From assembly GCA_036918135.1 (NCBI GenBank), contig JBALDB010000011.1:224001-288000 (forward strand): a stretch of 64,000 nt of DNA. The letters run 5' to 3'. The notes under the pieces are model-generated. The model was not told the origin of the DNA, did not search any database, and worked only from the letters and a program-made list of their open reading frames with translations. This DNA comes from Nostoc sp. (GTDB taxonomy: Bacteria > Cyanobacteriota > Cyanobacteriia > Cyanobacteriales > Nostocaceae). Below are positions 43,711-55,809 of this stretch, piece by piece. Made by a program: the position numbers and the translations under genes. Position 1 is the stretch's first letter. Each line of letters opens with the position of its first letter.

Positions 43711-43857
43711 GCATTTGCTATTTCGGAGACTACATTTGCTATTTCGGAGACCGCATTTGCTATTTCGGAGACCGCATTTGCTATTTCGGAGACTACATTT
43801 GCTATTTCGGAGACTACATTTGCTATTTCGGAGACTACATTTGCTACTTCAGCGACC
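43711..43857. repeat. 21-bp tandem repeat, 6 copies plus 1 degenerate
   Basis: Unit (g/a)catttgctatttcggagac(t/c). Confidence 0.92.
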
Positions 43858-43902
43858 GCTGCTTATTTATTGAAAATTCCTAATGCAATGTCCCATGCCC
43901 AC

Positions 43903-45446
43903 TTTATTCAAAACTCGTAGCATAACACACTAAAACTTATAGAAACAGTGCGTTAGGCTTGCCTTAATTCACTTCAACAGGTCGCGGCGATAGCGCAGCG
44001 TAAAGCCTTCTCTACGAGACGCTACGTGTAGCTTGCTTAAGAGCAGGGGCACGCTCAGTACAAGTCCCTAATTCCCAGTCCCTTTTACGCATTTTTGAAC
44101 CTTTGATGTATTTTCATTATCGTGCATGGGTTTGAGCCTTATTTCTGCCTCAAAGATGTTTAAGTCCCGCAGCGATCGCAGCAAAGCGGACTGCTATAGT
44201 ATTAGACCTTTAGAATATTTGCTGCTATTTGCTGTGCTACATCTTTATTTTGCCAGTAACTTCCGTGAGCGCTGCCGCCATTTGCCAAAGCCAAAAAGGT
44301 TTGTCGGATGGGGGGAGTTTGAGCAAATAAATTTAATAAGCCAGAGTCATCAGTGAGAACGTCTTTTACGTCAACATAAGAACCAGAATCGGGAATTAAC
44401 TTGGCGATGATATTTTCTAATGGCCAAGCAATTGGATCGCCAGGATGAATAAAATTTAGCCAACACAACTCTCCATCTGCTTGTGTAAGGTTCTTCAACA
44501 AATTACTTAAACCAGGGCTGATGTCATGAGTACTTTCATCATTAGCATTTCTACCATTGATAGTAATTAAGCTAAACAAGGCAATGGGAGAACCCATAGT
44601 TTGAATGCTAGCCAGTCGGATACCTGTTGTAGGGTTGTCCCCAATGCCATAAAGTTTATCTCGAATATCCTTTACACTCTGATAGCCAGGAATGTCCTGA
44701 TTATCCCAACGGCTGGCAAACAGAATGTCAAACAGTATGACCGTCCCCCAACTGTGAGTCACTAAATGTAGGCGATCGTCCTGCCCATGTTTTTTTAAGC
44801 CTTCAAATGTTTGGTCTTTGAGTTGTTCAACCGCCATTGAGCCAATTAGGCGACTGATGTAGAGTCCTGCATCCCCGACAAATTGCAATATTTGCTTTTG
44901 GCGAAAATCCTGAAACCAGAGTTGGTTCCACTTAGACGAGCGTTTCAAGTTTGTTAGTAGTTCATTCAAGGCGCTTTGGTTCACATCACCCCAGTAAAGA
45001 GGTACTTTGACGCATTCACGATTACGATCTTTCTGGCGGACTAGCTCAACAATCAAGTTAAACAACTTGTCGGCATAAGTGTAATTATGGTTCTTTTCGT
45101 TTTCTTTCGATTCCCGTACATTTACCCCATGCAGAAATAAAATATAATCTTTTCCCATAGCTAACTCTGCCTTTTTTAAACTAATTAATCAAAGTAGATG
45201 GTAATATTCTTTAGATTCCCATGAGAAATACAACTTGAATACATCTGTAAATATTATTTAAAATATATCCTTGTAATTGTGGTTTTCCCGTAGAGTGACA
45301 AGTATTCGACTATGACGGGCATCATCGCTCTAGCCTAAAGTGATTTTTGCTTGAAATATCTAACAATCTAACTATTTATTCAAAACTCGTAGCGTAACAC
45401 ACTAAAACTAATAGAAATAGTGCGTTAGGCTTGCTTTAATGCACTT
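43903..45446. repeat. Pair of 72-bp direct repeats (43903-43974 and 45375-45446)
   Basis: tttattcaaaactcgtagc...cactt; 5 mismatches between the copies. Confidence 0.9.
44202..45158 (-). CDS. Alpha/beta-hydrolase-fold hypothetical protein
   Basis: FLHGV, VTHSWG nucleophile elbow, TMGSP, GDPIAWP, AHGSYW. Confidence 0.75.
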   Translation of the reverse strand: MGKDYILFLHGVNVRESKENEKNHNYTYADKLFNLIVELVRQKDRNRECVKVPLYWGDVNQSALNELLTNLKRSSKWNQLWFQDFRQKQILQFVGDAGLYISRLIGSMAVEQLKDQTFEGLKKHGQDDRLHLVTHSWGTVILFDILFASRWDNQDIPGYQSVKDIRDKLYGIGDNPTTGIRLASIQTMGSPIALFSLITINGRNANDESTHDISPGLSNLLKNLTQADGELCWLNFIHPGDPIAWPLENIIAKLIPDSGSYVDVKDVLTDDSGLLNLFAQTPPIRQTFLALANGGSAHGSYWQNKDVAQQIAANILKV

Positions 45447-45476
45447 GCATAAAACAGAAATTTACAAGGTAAGCTT

Positions 45477-45899
45477 GTGTCTGATTTAGCGCTACATAAT
45501 TATCTCGCTCGCGTTCCCGATGCAGCATTGCAAGAATTCATTGAATGGTGTGTTTTAGAACAGGCAAAAGCCGCAGAATGTAACTTCACTCCAGATAAAA
45601 GTAAGTTAGCTAATTTGCCACCAGCAGATTATGTTTCCAAGCTTGTAGATCAGTTCATGAAAGTTAAACCAGATCCTATTAAAGCAGGTTTAGTAGCAGC
45701 GATCGCTGGTAAGGAAGCTGACAAACATGCTTTATCTGGTTTAGCGATCGTAGCTGATTTTGTATCACTTTATGTGAAGTATTTAATTCCTAAAGAAGGT
45801 AACAACCCAGAAGAAGCACAAGCGGTATTAACTAAAGCATCACAACATCAGTTAGAAAAACTTACTGAAATTGCCAAGAAACATGGTGTAAATTTTTAG
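45477..45899 (+). CDS. Conserved hypothetical protein near hupW
   Basis: 140-aa ORF with host-like codon usage and two HIP1-like sites. Confidence 0.75.
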   Translation: MSDLALHNYLARVPDAALQEFIEWCVLEQAKAAECNFTPDKSKLANLPPADYVSKLVDQFMKVKPDPIKAGLVAAIAGKEADKHALSGLAIVADFVSLYVKYLIPKEGNNPEEAQAVLTKASQHQLEKLTEIAKKHGVNF

Positions 45900-45961
45900 T
45901 TTTCGGCTGATAATTTCTTTAGAGGCTTTGTCTACATTACTAGTCAGAGCCTCTGTTTTAG

Positions 45962-46708
45962 TTATTTCTGATTGCCCGAATTAGAGCCTACTCGATACCA
46001 GTATTGATAAACTGGTTTATAGCCGAGTTTTTCATACAAGTTGCGAGCTGGAGTATTCGCCTGCACTACCTGTATGTAAGAAAAGCAAGCTCCTTTATTA
46101 ATACCCCATTCAAGCAAACCCTGAATAATTGCTGTTGCATAGCCGCGCCGCCTTTGCATTGGACTGGTAACTAGATCAAAAATGCCTAGATAACTGCTTT
46201 CCAAAATGCCTATTCCACAAGCAACAATTTTATTATGTTGTTTGCATGAAACAAATAGAGTTTCTGATTTTATTGCTGTTAATATCATTCTATGGATAGT
46301 TGATGGCTGTTCTTCCAAAGCTTTTAAGTTATGATAAGCAACCAACCAATCATTTAAATTTTCGTGATTAATAGCGGGTAGAATATTAAGCGATCGCTCT
46401 GATAATCTCATGCCCATTACTAGGGATGGCTCAATTAGTTGATATCCCTTTGCGGCTAGCTTTTCATCTAAAACCTCTGGGTTAGTGAATGAGAGCAAGC
46501 GGAAAATAGGGTTTTGTTTACGCGCTTGATATTCGGATTCGCAGTAAGCAATTTTTTCTTCAATGTCTAAACCAATTTCATCCAGAACTGTCACTGAATT
46601 AGCTCGTTTGGTGTAGCCATCAGCAAAACGCATTACCCAACCATGACGGTTGATAGTTTCAAAAGCAGGCCATGCTTTCAATGATATTTCTTCAATTATT
46701 CTATACAT
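45962..46708 (-). CDS. GNAT family N-acetyltransferase
   Basis: GYTKRANSV; RRRGYA; NTPARNLYEKLGY. Confidence 0.9.
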   Translation of the reverse strand: MYRIIEEISLKAWPAFETINRHGWVMRFADGYTKRANSVTVLDEIGLDIEEKIAYCESEYQARKQNPIFRLLSFTNPEVLDEKLAAKGYQLIEPSLVMGMRLSERSLNILPAINHENLNDWLVAYHNLKALEEQPSTIHRMILTAIKSETLFVSCKQHNKIVACGIGILESSYLGIFDLVTSPMQRRRGYATAIIQGLLEWGINKGACFSYIQVVQANTPARNLYEKLGYKPVYQYWYRVGSNSGNQK

Positions 46709-46815
46709 TCAAAATTAGCAAAAAATATTTACCTTTTTATTCAACCACTCTTAAAGCTTAAGCAACGCGACTCTTTATCTTAAAATTGAGGAAACGCATT
46801 AAACTTTATAGTTAT

Positions 46816-47040
46816 ATGGATAAAATTGTAGTTAACTCGCAAATTCATTTCGGTAAACCTTGTATAGCAGGGACACGCATCACTGTACAAAACATTCTTG
46901 AATTACTTAATGATGGGCTTTCTTTTGAAGAAATTATCCAAGACTACTATCCAGAGCTACAAATAGAGGATATTCGTGCTTGCCTACAATATGCGATAGC
47001 ACTAGTAGCGGCTGAAGACATTCGCCTAATATCTATCTGA
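46816..47040 (+). CDS. DUF433 protein (antitoxin-like)
   Basis: HFGKPCIAGTRITV...EDIRACLQYA. Confidence 0.88.
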   Translation: MDKIVVNSQIHFGKPCIAGTRITVQNILELLNDGLSFEEIIQDYYPELQIEDIRACLQYAIALVAAEDIRLISI

Positions 47041-47042
47041 GC

Positions 47043-47786
<744 letters not shown>

Positions 47787-47833
47787 GACTCTATTTATGG
47801 GGTATTGGACATTAGTTATCGTCCTTATCTCCC

Positions 47834-48211
47834 TCATCCTGCCAAATCACGGTATACAGATAATTCATCTACCCTCATTTCAAAAGGTACGCCTTGACCT
47901 TCCGGGGGACAGACGCGGATTTTTGCACTGCTGATAATTTGGTTAAGTAATGTCCCCATTGGCACAATTTGTTGTAAGACACGCCAGTTGGTAACTTGGT
48001 CAGTACATTCAATTACTAATGTCATAGCGCTAGCATGGGTTGTGACGTACCATCGACAATTAGATAAGAGATTTTGAATAGTGCGATCGCAACCATCATA
48101 AAAGTATTTACTAATAGAATACTCTAGTTGTTGCCGCAATATAATATCTGCCGATGTCGGTTGCACAGGATGCGAATCGTCACGATTTAAGTAATACATA
48201 TTTCTAGCCAT
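47834..48211 (-). CDS. Hypothetical protein, paralogue of 24863-25237
   Basis: Shared motifs CDR..LLSNC.WY, AKIRV.PP, PFE, YRD. Confidence 0.8.
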   Translation of the reverse strand: MARNMYYLNRDDSHPVQPTSADIILRQQLEYSISKYFYDGCDRTIQNLLSNCRWYVTTHASAMTLVIECTDQVTNWRVLQQIVPMGTLLNQIISSAKIRVCPPEGQGVPFEMRVDELSVYRDLAG

Positions 48212-48229
48212 CTCTATTTACTTTCCTGC

Positions 48230-49540
48230 TTATATTCCAATCACCATTGCGTAAAGTACATCTTTATTTGTTTCTAATAATTCCTGGGTTTCATCATCAT
48301 AAAAAGCACCTACACCACTACATTCAATTCCCAAATAATTACTAGCTAAATAAAGCCTCTGTCCTAGAAAACCAGCTATTTGCATAGCGGTTTGGTAGTT
48401 TAAATAATCAGATACAAAAAATAAAGTTACAGCGCTATCTCTAGCAATAGCTTGATTAATACATAAGTAACCTGTCTGTTCGCTAAAATTACCCGTTTTA
48501 ATCAGAGATGTATCTTTATATAATCCACATAATATTCCCTCTACTCGATGTATCACCGAGTAAATATCTATTTCTTCATAATTTTCTGTTGGGATTGGCT
48601 GCTTAAGTTGCTGCATTATATATAAATAATCTTCTTGAGAAATAGACTTTTTCCGGAAACGTCTAACAGAACGTCTATTCAAAACAGTTTGATAAAATTT
48701 ATCCTTGTCAAAGCTAAGTTGAGGCTGTTTGAGTTGTTGCTGACTACTCTTTTGTACAGCCGTAGCTTGATAAGTATCTTCAATGAATTGATTAGGTTCA
48801 AAGTAATCAGTACCGCAAACAAAAGGAACTTTTATCCTTAAGGGTCTGACTTTCTTTTCTTGTAATTCTCCTGACACCACACAAGCTGTAATAAACTCTT
48901 TATTCTCAAATCCCAAAGCTAAATTGAGAGCGAGTTTATCAAAGTCAAAAATTAGTTGTATATCCTTTTCATGGAGATAAGCTGAAGCTGCGAGAGGCTT
49001 CGCCACGCCAGAGGCGAACGCACCTAAATGATGTCCGCTATCTAAAAAGCAATATCTCGTGCTTCTATTTTGATATTTCCAGCTAGACCTATAATAAACA
49101 CAACTAATTAAAAATATGAATCCATTGATACTTTTGTCCGGTATAATATAACTCTCTAGCCCATCATCAATCAATTCATAGATGAGTGTTAGACAATTAT
49201 TCTCAACTTCTAAGTGATAAATTCCATCTAGTATTCCCGGAACTTTGCGAACCTGTACGTAAACTTCCGTAGGATACAGAGCGCCTGCTGATGGATTCAC
49301 CCGCAGTTTATCGAGACTATCTTTATACACTTTTTCTAGTGTTATTGCACTGGTTAAGGATATAAAAGAATGAACGGGATTATTGATATTTAATTTCACT
49401 CTCCGATAAAATTTTGGATAAACTTTAAATGCAGATGGTTGAGTTGAAGCATCTACATAATTTGGCTCGACCTGTACTGATAAGTAAGAATGCTTGGTAG
49501 CTTCATGATAGGCTTTGTCCGATATTTTGTTTTCTGGCAT
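48230..49540 (-). CDS. SagB/ThcOx-type nitroreductase family protein (two domains)
   Basis: RVNPSAGALYPTE, LDSGH, RRSVRRF, GQRLYL...GVGAFYD. Confidence 0.88.
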   Translation of the reverse strand: MPENKISDKAYHEATKHSYLSVQVEPNYVDASTQPSAFKVYPKFYRRVKLNINNPVHSFISLTSAITLEKVYKDSLDKLRVNPSAGALYPTEVYVQVRKVPGILDGIYHLEVENNCLTLIYELIDDGLESYIIPDKSINGFIFLISCVYYRSSWKYQNRSTRYCFLDSGHHLGAFASGVAKPLAASAYLHEKDIQLIFDFDKLALNLALGFENKEFITACVVSGELQEKKVRPLRIKVPFVCGTDYFEPNQFIEDTYQATAVQKSSQQQLKQPQLSFDKDKFYQTVLNRRSVRRFRKKSISQEDYLYIMQQLKQPIPTENYEEIDIYSVIHRVEGILCGLYKDTSLIKTGNFSEQTGYLCINQAIARDSAVTLFFVSDYLNYQTAMQIAGFLGQRLYLASNYLGIECSGVGAFYDDETQELLETNKDVLYAMVIGI

Positions 49541-50020
49541 TTTTGAGTATCCTTAAAACTTCTACATTGCTAGCAAAATCAAGCGCTTTATAGTCGTCTA
49601 AGTTTTTCAAATCTAAGTTAGGATGATGCTGTAAAAGTAGCTTGACGACTTCTGTTTTTCCGGCTGATGCTGCATACATTAAAGAGAAGTCTGAGCGGCG
49701 GCTTCCGCCGATCAGAACTTCGGTACAGTTGCACCATTATCATTTTGGTTGTCAATGTTAATCTTGTTAGCCAGCAGCAAGTTAATTAAATCGTAGTGAT
49801 TTCCAAAACAAGCAAACCATAAAGCATTATTGCGATCGCTATTTATAGCATTGATATTCGCACCTACATCAATTAGTTCTTTAACAACTGTGTAAACACC
49901 CTCTCTAGTAGCTTTCATCAAAGCTGTATCGCCATTTTCACCTGGTTGATTTAACTGCTGAGGATTATAGCCTTTCGCTATTAACCATTGGGTTGTTGTT
50001 TTACTCAAATCTTGACTCAT
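49503..50020 (-). pseudogene. Ankyrin-repeat gene disrupted by a 41-bp hairpin insertion at about 49683-49723
   Basis: GDTALMKA, NNALWFAC, NGATV|LMYAASAGKTEVVKLLL. Removing 41 bp restores a 158-aa ORF. Confidence 0.85.
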
Positions 50021-50174
50021 AATATTCTTCCACTTTTAACGCTTTCACTAATTAACAAGTATGAAAAGTTTGCTAGATTTTCTTGTACTTATTAAGAAAT
50101 CTCAAATAATTTCATTGTTAAAACCATCATTTGCTACTTTATTGAAGTATCCATAACAAAAAGACATCTGAAAA

Positions 50175-50384
50175 ATGGAAATTAGCGCTCGTAATTCTCT
50201 CAAAGGTACTGTCAAACAAATTGTACATGGTTCGGTTAATACTGAGGTCATTTTAGAAATAGCACCAGGAGTAGAGCTAGTGTCAATCATCACAAAATCA
50301 TCAGCTGAAAAGCTCGAACTTTCAGAAGGAAAGCAGGCTTATGCAGTGATTAAATCATCAGATGTGATAGTTGCTGTTGATTAA
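50175..50384 (+). CDS. mop: Molybdate-binding TOBE/Mop protein
   Basis: ISARNSLKG...SIIT..S...L...AVIKSSDV. Confidence 0.9.
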   Translation: MEISARNSLKGTVKQIVHGSVNTEVILEIAPGVELVSIITKSSAEKLELSEGKQAYAVIKSSDVIVAVD

Positions 50385-50860
50385 GAAATAGCTGCTTTAC
50401 CCCTGATATTAAATTGCATCTATATCTATAAATTAGTAACCTCACTCCTAGAACTAGTTGATAAAGGAGTGAGGTCAAAAATTTGTTAGAGATTATTTAC
50501 AGCAGAATAGACAATTTAAAATAAAGAAAGGAGTAAAACACTCTTTGTACATGGCTGGCAGACTGAAATTAATTAGTTGGTGAGAATTACTTTCGGTTAT
50601 TTGTCTGTCACAATCATTGTTATAATTTATTTTATTTATTTTATTAAATAAAAAATTTATTTTTCTGCTTTTTAACTTATCGATCCATTAATTAAGCTCA
50701 AATTCATTTTGATAACTTGGTGAAGCTTTCCTTGCTTTGCTTCTGAATTCTTAATTATGAATTCTTGATTGATAAATGATGAAGGAAAGAATGAAGTATA
50801 TTTTCATCCTTCATCCTTCATTTTTATTCAGTTGCTAAGAACAGCAATCAAAGTAATGGT

Positions 50861-51160
50861 TTAGACCAGATACGCTTCTTGATGTGTCTTAATTGTGCAA
50901 TTAGAACGAGGATAGGTAACACAAAGTAAAGCGTATCCTTTAGAAACCTGATCGTCATCTAGGAAGTTTTGATCGTCTTGATTAATTTCGCCTTCAACAA
51001 CCTTGCCAACACAGCTAGAGCAAGAACCTGCATGACAAGAAGCTGGCAAATCAATATCGTTGTCGTGTGCTGCTTCTAAGATAGTAGTTTCTTCGTCAAC
51101 TTCAATTGTGGTGTCGAGGTCTTCCTTTTTGTTGATTAATCTAACTTGGTAGGTAGCCAT
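50861..51160 (-). CDS. fdxH: Heterocyst [2Fe-2S] ferredoxin
   Basis: [30 protein letters not shown]; follows hesB. Confidence 0.95.
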   Translation of the reverse strand: MATYQVRLINKKEDLDTTIEVDEETTILEAAHDNDIDLPASCHAGSCSSCVGKVVEGEINQDDQNFLDDDQVSKGYALLCVTYPRSNCTIKTHQEAYLV

Positions 51161-51270
51161 TTTCCGATTCTCCTCAAACGTTATACAATTAGGTTTAATT
51201 TCTGAAAATTTTGAGTCAACCTGTTCTACTGTTTGCTGTGTAAGGCGATCGCTTAGCATTAAGAATGGTA

Positions 51271-51645
51271 TTAGTTGCCGCAAGGTACACCAGTAGGCGT
51301 ACACTCACCTGCTTTGAATGACTTTCCACAACCACAGTTACCAGTTGCATTGGGGTTGATGAACTTAAAGCCGCTTTCCATCACTCCCTCAACGAAGTCA
51401 ACTATGACTCCTTCTAATAACGGCGCACTTTTGGCGTCAACATAAACAAGTACTTTGCCTTGCTCGATTACCAAATCATCTGGTTGGGGCTTGCTAGTGA
51501 TATCCATTGCATATTCGTAGCCACTGCAACCACCATTTTTTACAGAGAAGCGGACACCTTTAGTTGCGCCATTAGCATCGGTTGCGGAACCTTTAAGAAA
51601 TGCCCGCAGATGAAATTCTGCTTTTTCTGATAAAGTTACAGTCAT
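51271..51645 (-). CDS. hesB: Fe-S assembly A-type carrier
   Basis: [22 protein letters not shown]. Confidence 0.93.
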   Translation of the reverse strand: MTVTLSEKAEFHLRAFLKGSATDANGATKGVRFSVKNGGCSGYEYAMDITSKPQPDDLVIEQGKVLVYVDAKSAPLLEGVIVDFVEGVMESGFKFINPNATGNCGCGKSFKAGECTPTGVPCGN

Positions 51646-51736
51646 CAGATCTCCTGATTTGTTATTTCTCATTTGTCCGTTGTCAGTTGTCATTTGTCCT
51701 TTGTTTTCTTACTAATGACCAATGACTAATGACTAA

Positions 51737-52540
51737 TTAGCTATTCTGTGCAATACCGGTGGCTTCCATTGAATTGGGTTGAGCGTATCTCCAAGGCGCA
51801 CTATTACCGCATACTGGACAAGAGCGATCGCGATAAGAACGGCGCTTAGCAAATTCCAGCCGACTCAAGTCGATTGTCAGCAATTGCGACAATAAAGGCT
51901 GACTGAAGCCAGTGATCAACTTAATCGCTTCCAATGCGGTTAAACAAGCCAGTGTCCCAGAAACAGCACCAACAACTGAAAAGCCGCGCCGATCCCAATC
52001 AGGCTTTTCCGGAAACAAACAGGACAAACAAGGAGTCACACCAGGAATAATCGTTGTCAGGTAAGCTTCCATCCCATCCATTGCAGCTTCCACCATTGGC
52101 TTACGCCAGCGCACGCAAGCTTCATTTAATAAATTGCGCTCCGTAAAATTATGGGCGCAATCAAGAGCCATATCAGCGGATTGCACCAGTGCGTCTACAT
52201 TTTCCGGGGTGATATAATCATGAACTGCTTCTACTTGGACATCAGGATTAATCGCATCCAGAGTTTCTTTAGCTTTGAATACCCTTGGCTTACCTACCCA
52301 ATCGTCTGTCATCAAAACCTGACGATTCATATCATCTAGCCGCAAGTCACCACCCCGGACTAAGATTAGCCGCCCAACGCCTGCTACTGCTAAGTAAAGC
52401 GCCGCCGTACCACCCAATCCCCCCACACCCGTAACCAAAACTGTTGCTGACTTCAAGCGCTTCTGCGCTGCTTCGCCAAAATTCGGCAGCATCATTTGGC
52501 GATGATAGCGTTCTAATTCGGTAGGCGTTAGGTTTACCAA
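51737..52540 (-). CDS. hesA: ThiF/MoeB family protein
   Basis: GVGGLG, DMNRQ, CLSC, CPVC; nif position. Confidence 0.93.
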   Translation of the reverse strand: MVNLTPTELERYHRQMMLPNFGEAAQKRLKSATVLVTGVGGLGGTAALYLAVAGVGRLILVRGGDLRLDDMNRQVLMTDDWVGKPRVFKAKETLDAINPDVQVEAVHDYITPENVDALVQSADMALDCAHNFTERNLLNEACVRWRKPMVEAAMDGMEAYLTTIIPGVTPCLSCLFPEKPDWDRRGFSVVGAVSGTLACLTALEAIKLITGFSQPLLSQLLTIDLSRLEFAKRRSYRDRSCPVCGNSAPWRYAQPNSMEATGIAQNS

Positions 52541-52550
52541 TTTATACCTC

Positions 52551-52864
<314 letters not shown>

Positions 52865-52868
<4 letters not shown>

Positions 52869-53080
52869 TTCGCATTCTCCAATTTTTTCAGCTGTTGCTT
52901 AAGTTCATCTAACTGATGAAATATTTCATAAGTTGCAGCTGCAACATCCATAAGTTGTTTGTAATCTGTTGGCAAACCTTCCGCTAAATCATGCAGATCC
53001 ATCTTCATTTGACCCGCTTTGCTGTTGAGGCGTCTAATTTGTCCCTTGAGTTCCTCAATCTTTGTTTCTTCTACCTGCAC
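52865..53080 (-). CDS. CCE_0567-family (Rop-like) nif-associated protein
   Basis: KMDLHDLAEGLP motif. Confidence 0.88.
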
Positions 53081-53240
53081 GATTAGCCACTCCTTTTTTT
53101 AGTTAGAAGTTAAGAGTTAGGAGTTAAAAGTTAAGAGTTACGAGTGAGGAGTTAATGATTTATCTAACTTTTAACTGAGAATTCAATATTGATAACTCTT
53201 AACTAATAATTCATAACTTTTAACCCTAACTCCTAACTTT

Positions 53241-53717
53241 TTACAATTTGCCTACTTCCGGAAACCGCTTCGCTAAATTAATACCTTTTTGGACGTAGCT
53301 TTCTCCCTCTTGGGCTAATTTTTCTAGCGAGTCAAAGCCAAATCTTTGAGCATCTCGCAAGGTTTTTACAGCTAGTAAAAGACGACCAGAAAAAACTAGC
53401 GCCCAGCCAAATCCTTCGTGACCTAAATCAATCACAACCTGCGATATCAAACCTGTTTCCTGTTCAATTCCAGCGGCTACAGCTCGAAAAAATGCCATAA
53501 TCCGAGCTTGAGTTATGGGATCGACTTCACCCTCAATGGAGATTTCTCGTTTCTTTTGTTTGCTGACTACAAAAGGTTTGAGAATTAATTCATCCGACCA
53601 ACTACGATAAACTCCATAACTATCTTGACCCCGAATCTGTTTGATTAATACCTTGAGAAAAGGCGAGTTCAAGACTTCAGTCGTAGCAGTTCCGTTAACA
53701 CTATTATTTATAGTCAT
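53241..53717 (-). CDS. NifX-associated protein (DUF269)
   Basis: RGQDSYG; HEGFGW; LRDAQRFGF. Confidence 0.9.
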   Translation of the reverse strand: MTINNSVNGTATTEVLNSPFLKVLIKQIRGQDSYGVYRSWSDELILKPFVVSKQKKREISIEGEVDPITQARIMAFFRAVAAGIEQETGLISQVVIDLGHEGFGWALVFSGRLLLAVKTLRDAQRFGFDSLEKLAQEGESYVQKGINLAKRFPEVGKL

Positions 53718-54127
53718 ACTGTTGCTTCATCTCCAACTTCATCTGTAAAGTTTGAAGGTTTTTGCTGTAAAGCTTTACGCAACCAAGGTGGAGGATTACC
53801 TTTGAGGGTTTGCACTAATTTATTTAACACTTCACTAATTTCTTCTTCTTCCGATCGCGCCTTCACTGGGGTAACCCCTTTTTTGATTAACCGAGCCGCA
53901 GCACTGCCACCAATTGCTGTTACATAAACAATCGTACAATCAGATAACGCGTCAAGTTTGGGTGTAATTTTATCTTCATTTCCATCTTCTTTGAGTTCAC
54001 CTTCAAAGTTGAGGGTTTCTAAAAATTCGTATCCCTCATTGGAAATTTCATAAACATCAATTAGCCTTGCCCATCCAAAGTGAGCATTAATATGAACTCG
54101 GTCAGTCGTAGTGAAGGCAATTTTCAT
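53714..54127 (-). CDS. nifX: FeMo-co carrier protein
   Basis: INAHFG; IGGSAAARL; PPPWLRK. Confidence 0.95.
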   Translation of the reverse strand: MKIAFTTTDRVHINAHFGWARLIDVYEISNEGYEFLETLNFEGELKEDGNEDKITPKLDALSDCTIVYVTAIGGSAAARLIKKGVTPVKARSEEEEISEVLNKLVQTLKGNPPPWLRKALQQKPSNFTDEVGDEATV

Positions 54128-54355
54128 TATAATTCTCCTCTTTCAAGTGTTGAATAAAGAACTCGGAGTCAAAAATTTTCAATTCAAAATCAATTTGAGT
54201 CAACTGTGGTGAAGAATAAATATTAAAATTTCACACTAAATATGTATATTTAGTGATATTAATTTGAGAAAGACTACACCTACATCTGTATGATTGAATT
54301 CTGATTTCCAACTTCTAACTTCTGAGTTCCGAATTCTGACGAATGTATTCTGACT

Positions 54356-55693
54356 TCAAAAATCAGCCCCCACAACTCCTACTTCTTGTAACTGCTTAAC
54401 TCTTGCTTCTTCTGCCTCTAAAAAGAGGTTACCGATGCCATACAAAAGTTCCATTGTGCCTCGGTAACCAACTTTGGTAAACAAACCATTACCTAAACGG
54501 TCATAAATGGGCAGTCCCAGACGATAAAGAGGAATACACAGACGCTTGGCGATCGCATTTACATTTGAGTTACCAATTAGCAAATCTGAACCAGTTGCTA
54601 AACTGTCAAAGTCTTCCAAATCACCGATGGTGACGCTTTTAAATGGGAGTTTTTCGAGTAGTGGCGATCGCGTCGTCGTCACCACAGCATGAATCTGCGC
54701 TCCCATTGATTGCAGAAAATGCACTGTTGACCACAATAAATCAGGTTCCAGTGCTAAAGAAACTCGCTTCGCACCAAAATAAAAGTGCGTGTCTAACATC
54801 GCATCTTGCAGCTGACGACGTTGGCGGCGGTATTTTTCCGGTACGCTGTTACCACTCAGAATCGCTAATGCTTGGAGAAACTCATCTACTGGTTCTAATC
54901 CAGTCACTTCCCCAAACACCTCGTAAGGCGTACCAAACCTCTCTTCTAGAATCTTGGCAGCACCGCGCATACTCTCGCCTAAGGCCAAAGTGAAAGCAGA
55001 ACTACCGACTTCTCGTAGCTGTTTTAAAGTAGTCCCACTGACTGTAACCGCACTATAGTTATCTTCCAAGTGTCCATCGAGAGAAGCGCCAAGGTCTGGT
55101 ACAAAGATGGGCACCAAGCCAAAAGCTGTCACCATCTCCTTGATTTCCTGTACATCCCCTGGCGTGAAAGCAGAACCCGCTAAAATCGTCACTTGTTCAG
55201 TTTTGATTCCACCTGGTCGCGGGATTTCTTGAACTATGCTTTCCACAGCAACCGCAAAACCATCTTGCAACGCACCTTTAAAATCGGGAGTCGGAGCAAA
55301 TATAATCGCCAAATCATTCAATTCTGGGTGACGTTTACGGATTTCCTTGAGAAAACCCTCAATATCATCTCCCCTAGTTTCCGTCAACCCAGTAGTACAT
55401 AAACCAATAATTTCTGGTTTAGCCTTTTCTACCAAAGTGAGAATAGCCTGTTCCACATTTTCTTCACCACCCAAAATTGTAGTGACTTCCGTCATTGCTG
55501 TGGTAGCTAAGGGAATCGCTTCCCGGAAATGCCGCACTAGCACAACTTTAGCGAAAGCAGTACAACCTTGAGAACCGTGGAATAAAGGCATCGTCCCCTT
55601 TAATCCCAAAAAAGCTAATGATGCGCCCAAAGCTTGGCTTTGCTTGAGAGGATTAACCGTCAGTGATTTATTAGAAACAGTAACGATCGCCAT
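54356..55693 (-). CDS. nifN: FeMo-co scaffold beta subunit
   Basis: NPLKQSQALGA; HGSQGCTAF; MLDTHF. Confidence 0.96.
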   Translation of the reverse strand: MAIVTVSNKSLTVNPLKQSQALGASLAFLGLKGTMPLFHGSQGCTAFAKVVLVRHFREAIPLATTAMTEVTTILGGEENVEQAILTLVEKAKPEIIGLCTTGLTETRGDDIEGFLKEIRKRHPELNDLAIIFAPTPDFKGALQDGFAVAVESIVQEIPRPGGIKTEQVTILAGSAFTPGDVQEIKEMVTAFGLVPIFVPDLGASLDGHLEDNYSAVTVSGTTLKQLREVGSSAFTLALGESMRGAAKILEERFGTPYEVFGEVTGLEPVDEFLQALAILSGNSVPEKYRRQRRQLQDAMLDTHFYFGAKRVSLALEPDLLWSTVHFLQSMGAQIHAVVTTTRSPLLEKLPFKSVTIGDLEDFDSLATGSDLLIGNSNVNAIAKRLCIPLYRLGLPIYDRLGNGLFTKVGYRGTMELLYGIGNLFLEAEEARVKQLQEVGVVGADF

Positions 55694-55809
55694 TAAACTA
55701 CCTTCTTGTTGCGTTCAGAAATAGCATCTACTTGGAGAGGTGGGAAGGTGAGGAGTAAAGGAAGCAAACAAACAATTATTCTTCCTCATCCCCTCATCTC
55801 CCCATCCCC

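Noticed and set aside
43684..43920. 78-aa ORF (AISETTF)n
   Set aside because: It is the translation of the 21-bp tandem repeat; no independent coding evidence.
48230..52540. RiPP (TOMM) cluster from the SagB-like and ThiF-like genes
   Set aside because: No YcaO, precursor or transporter nearby; hesA is a standard nif gene.
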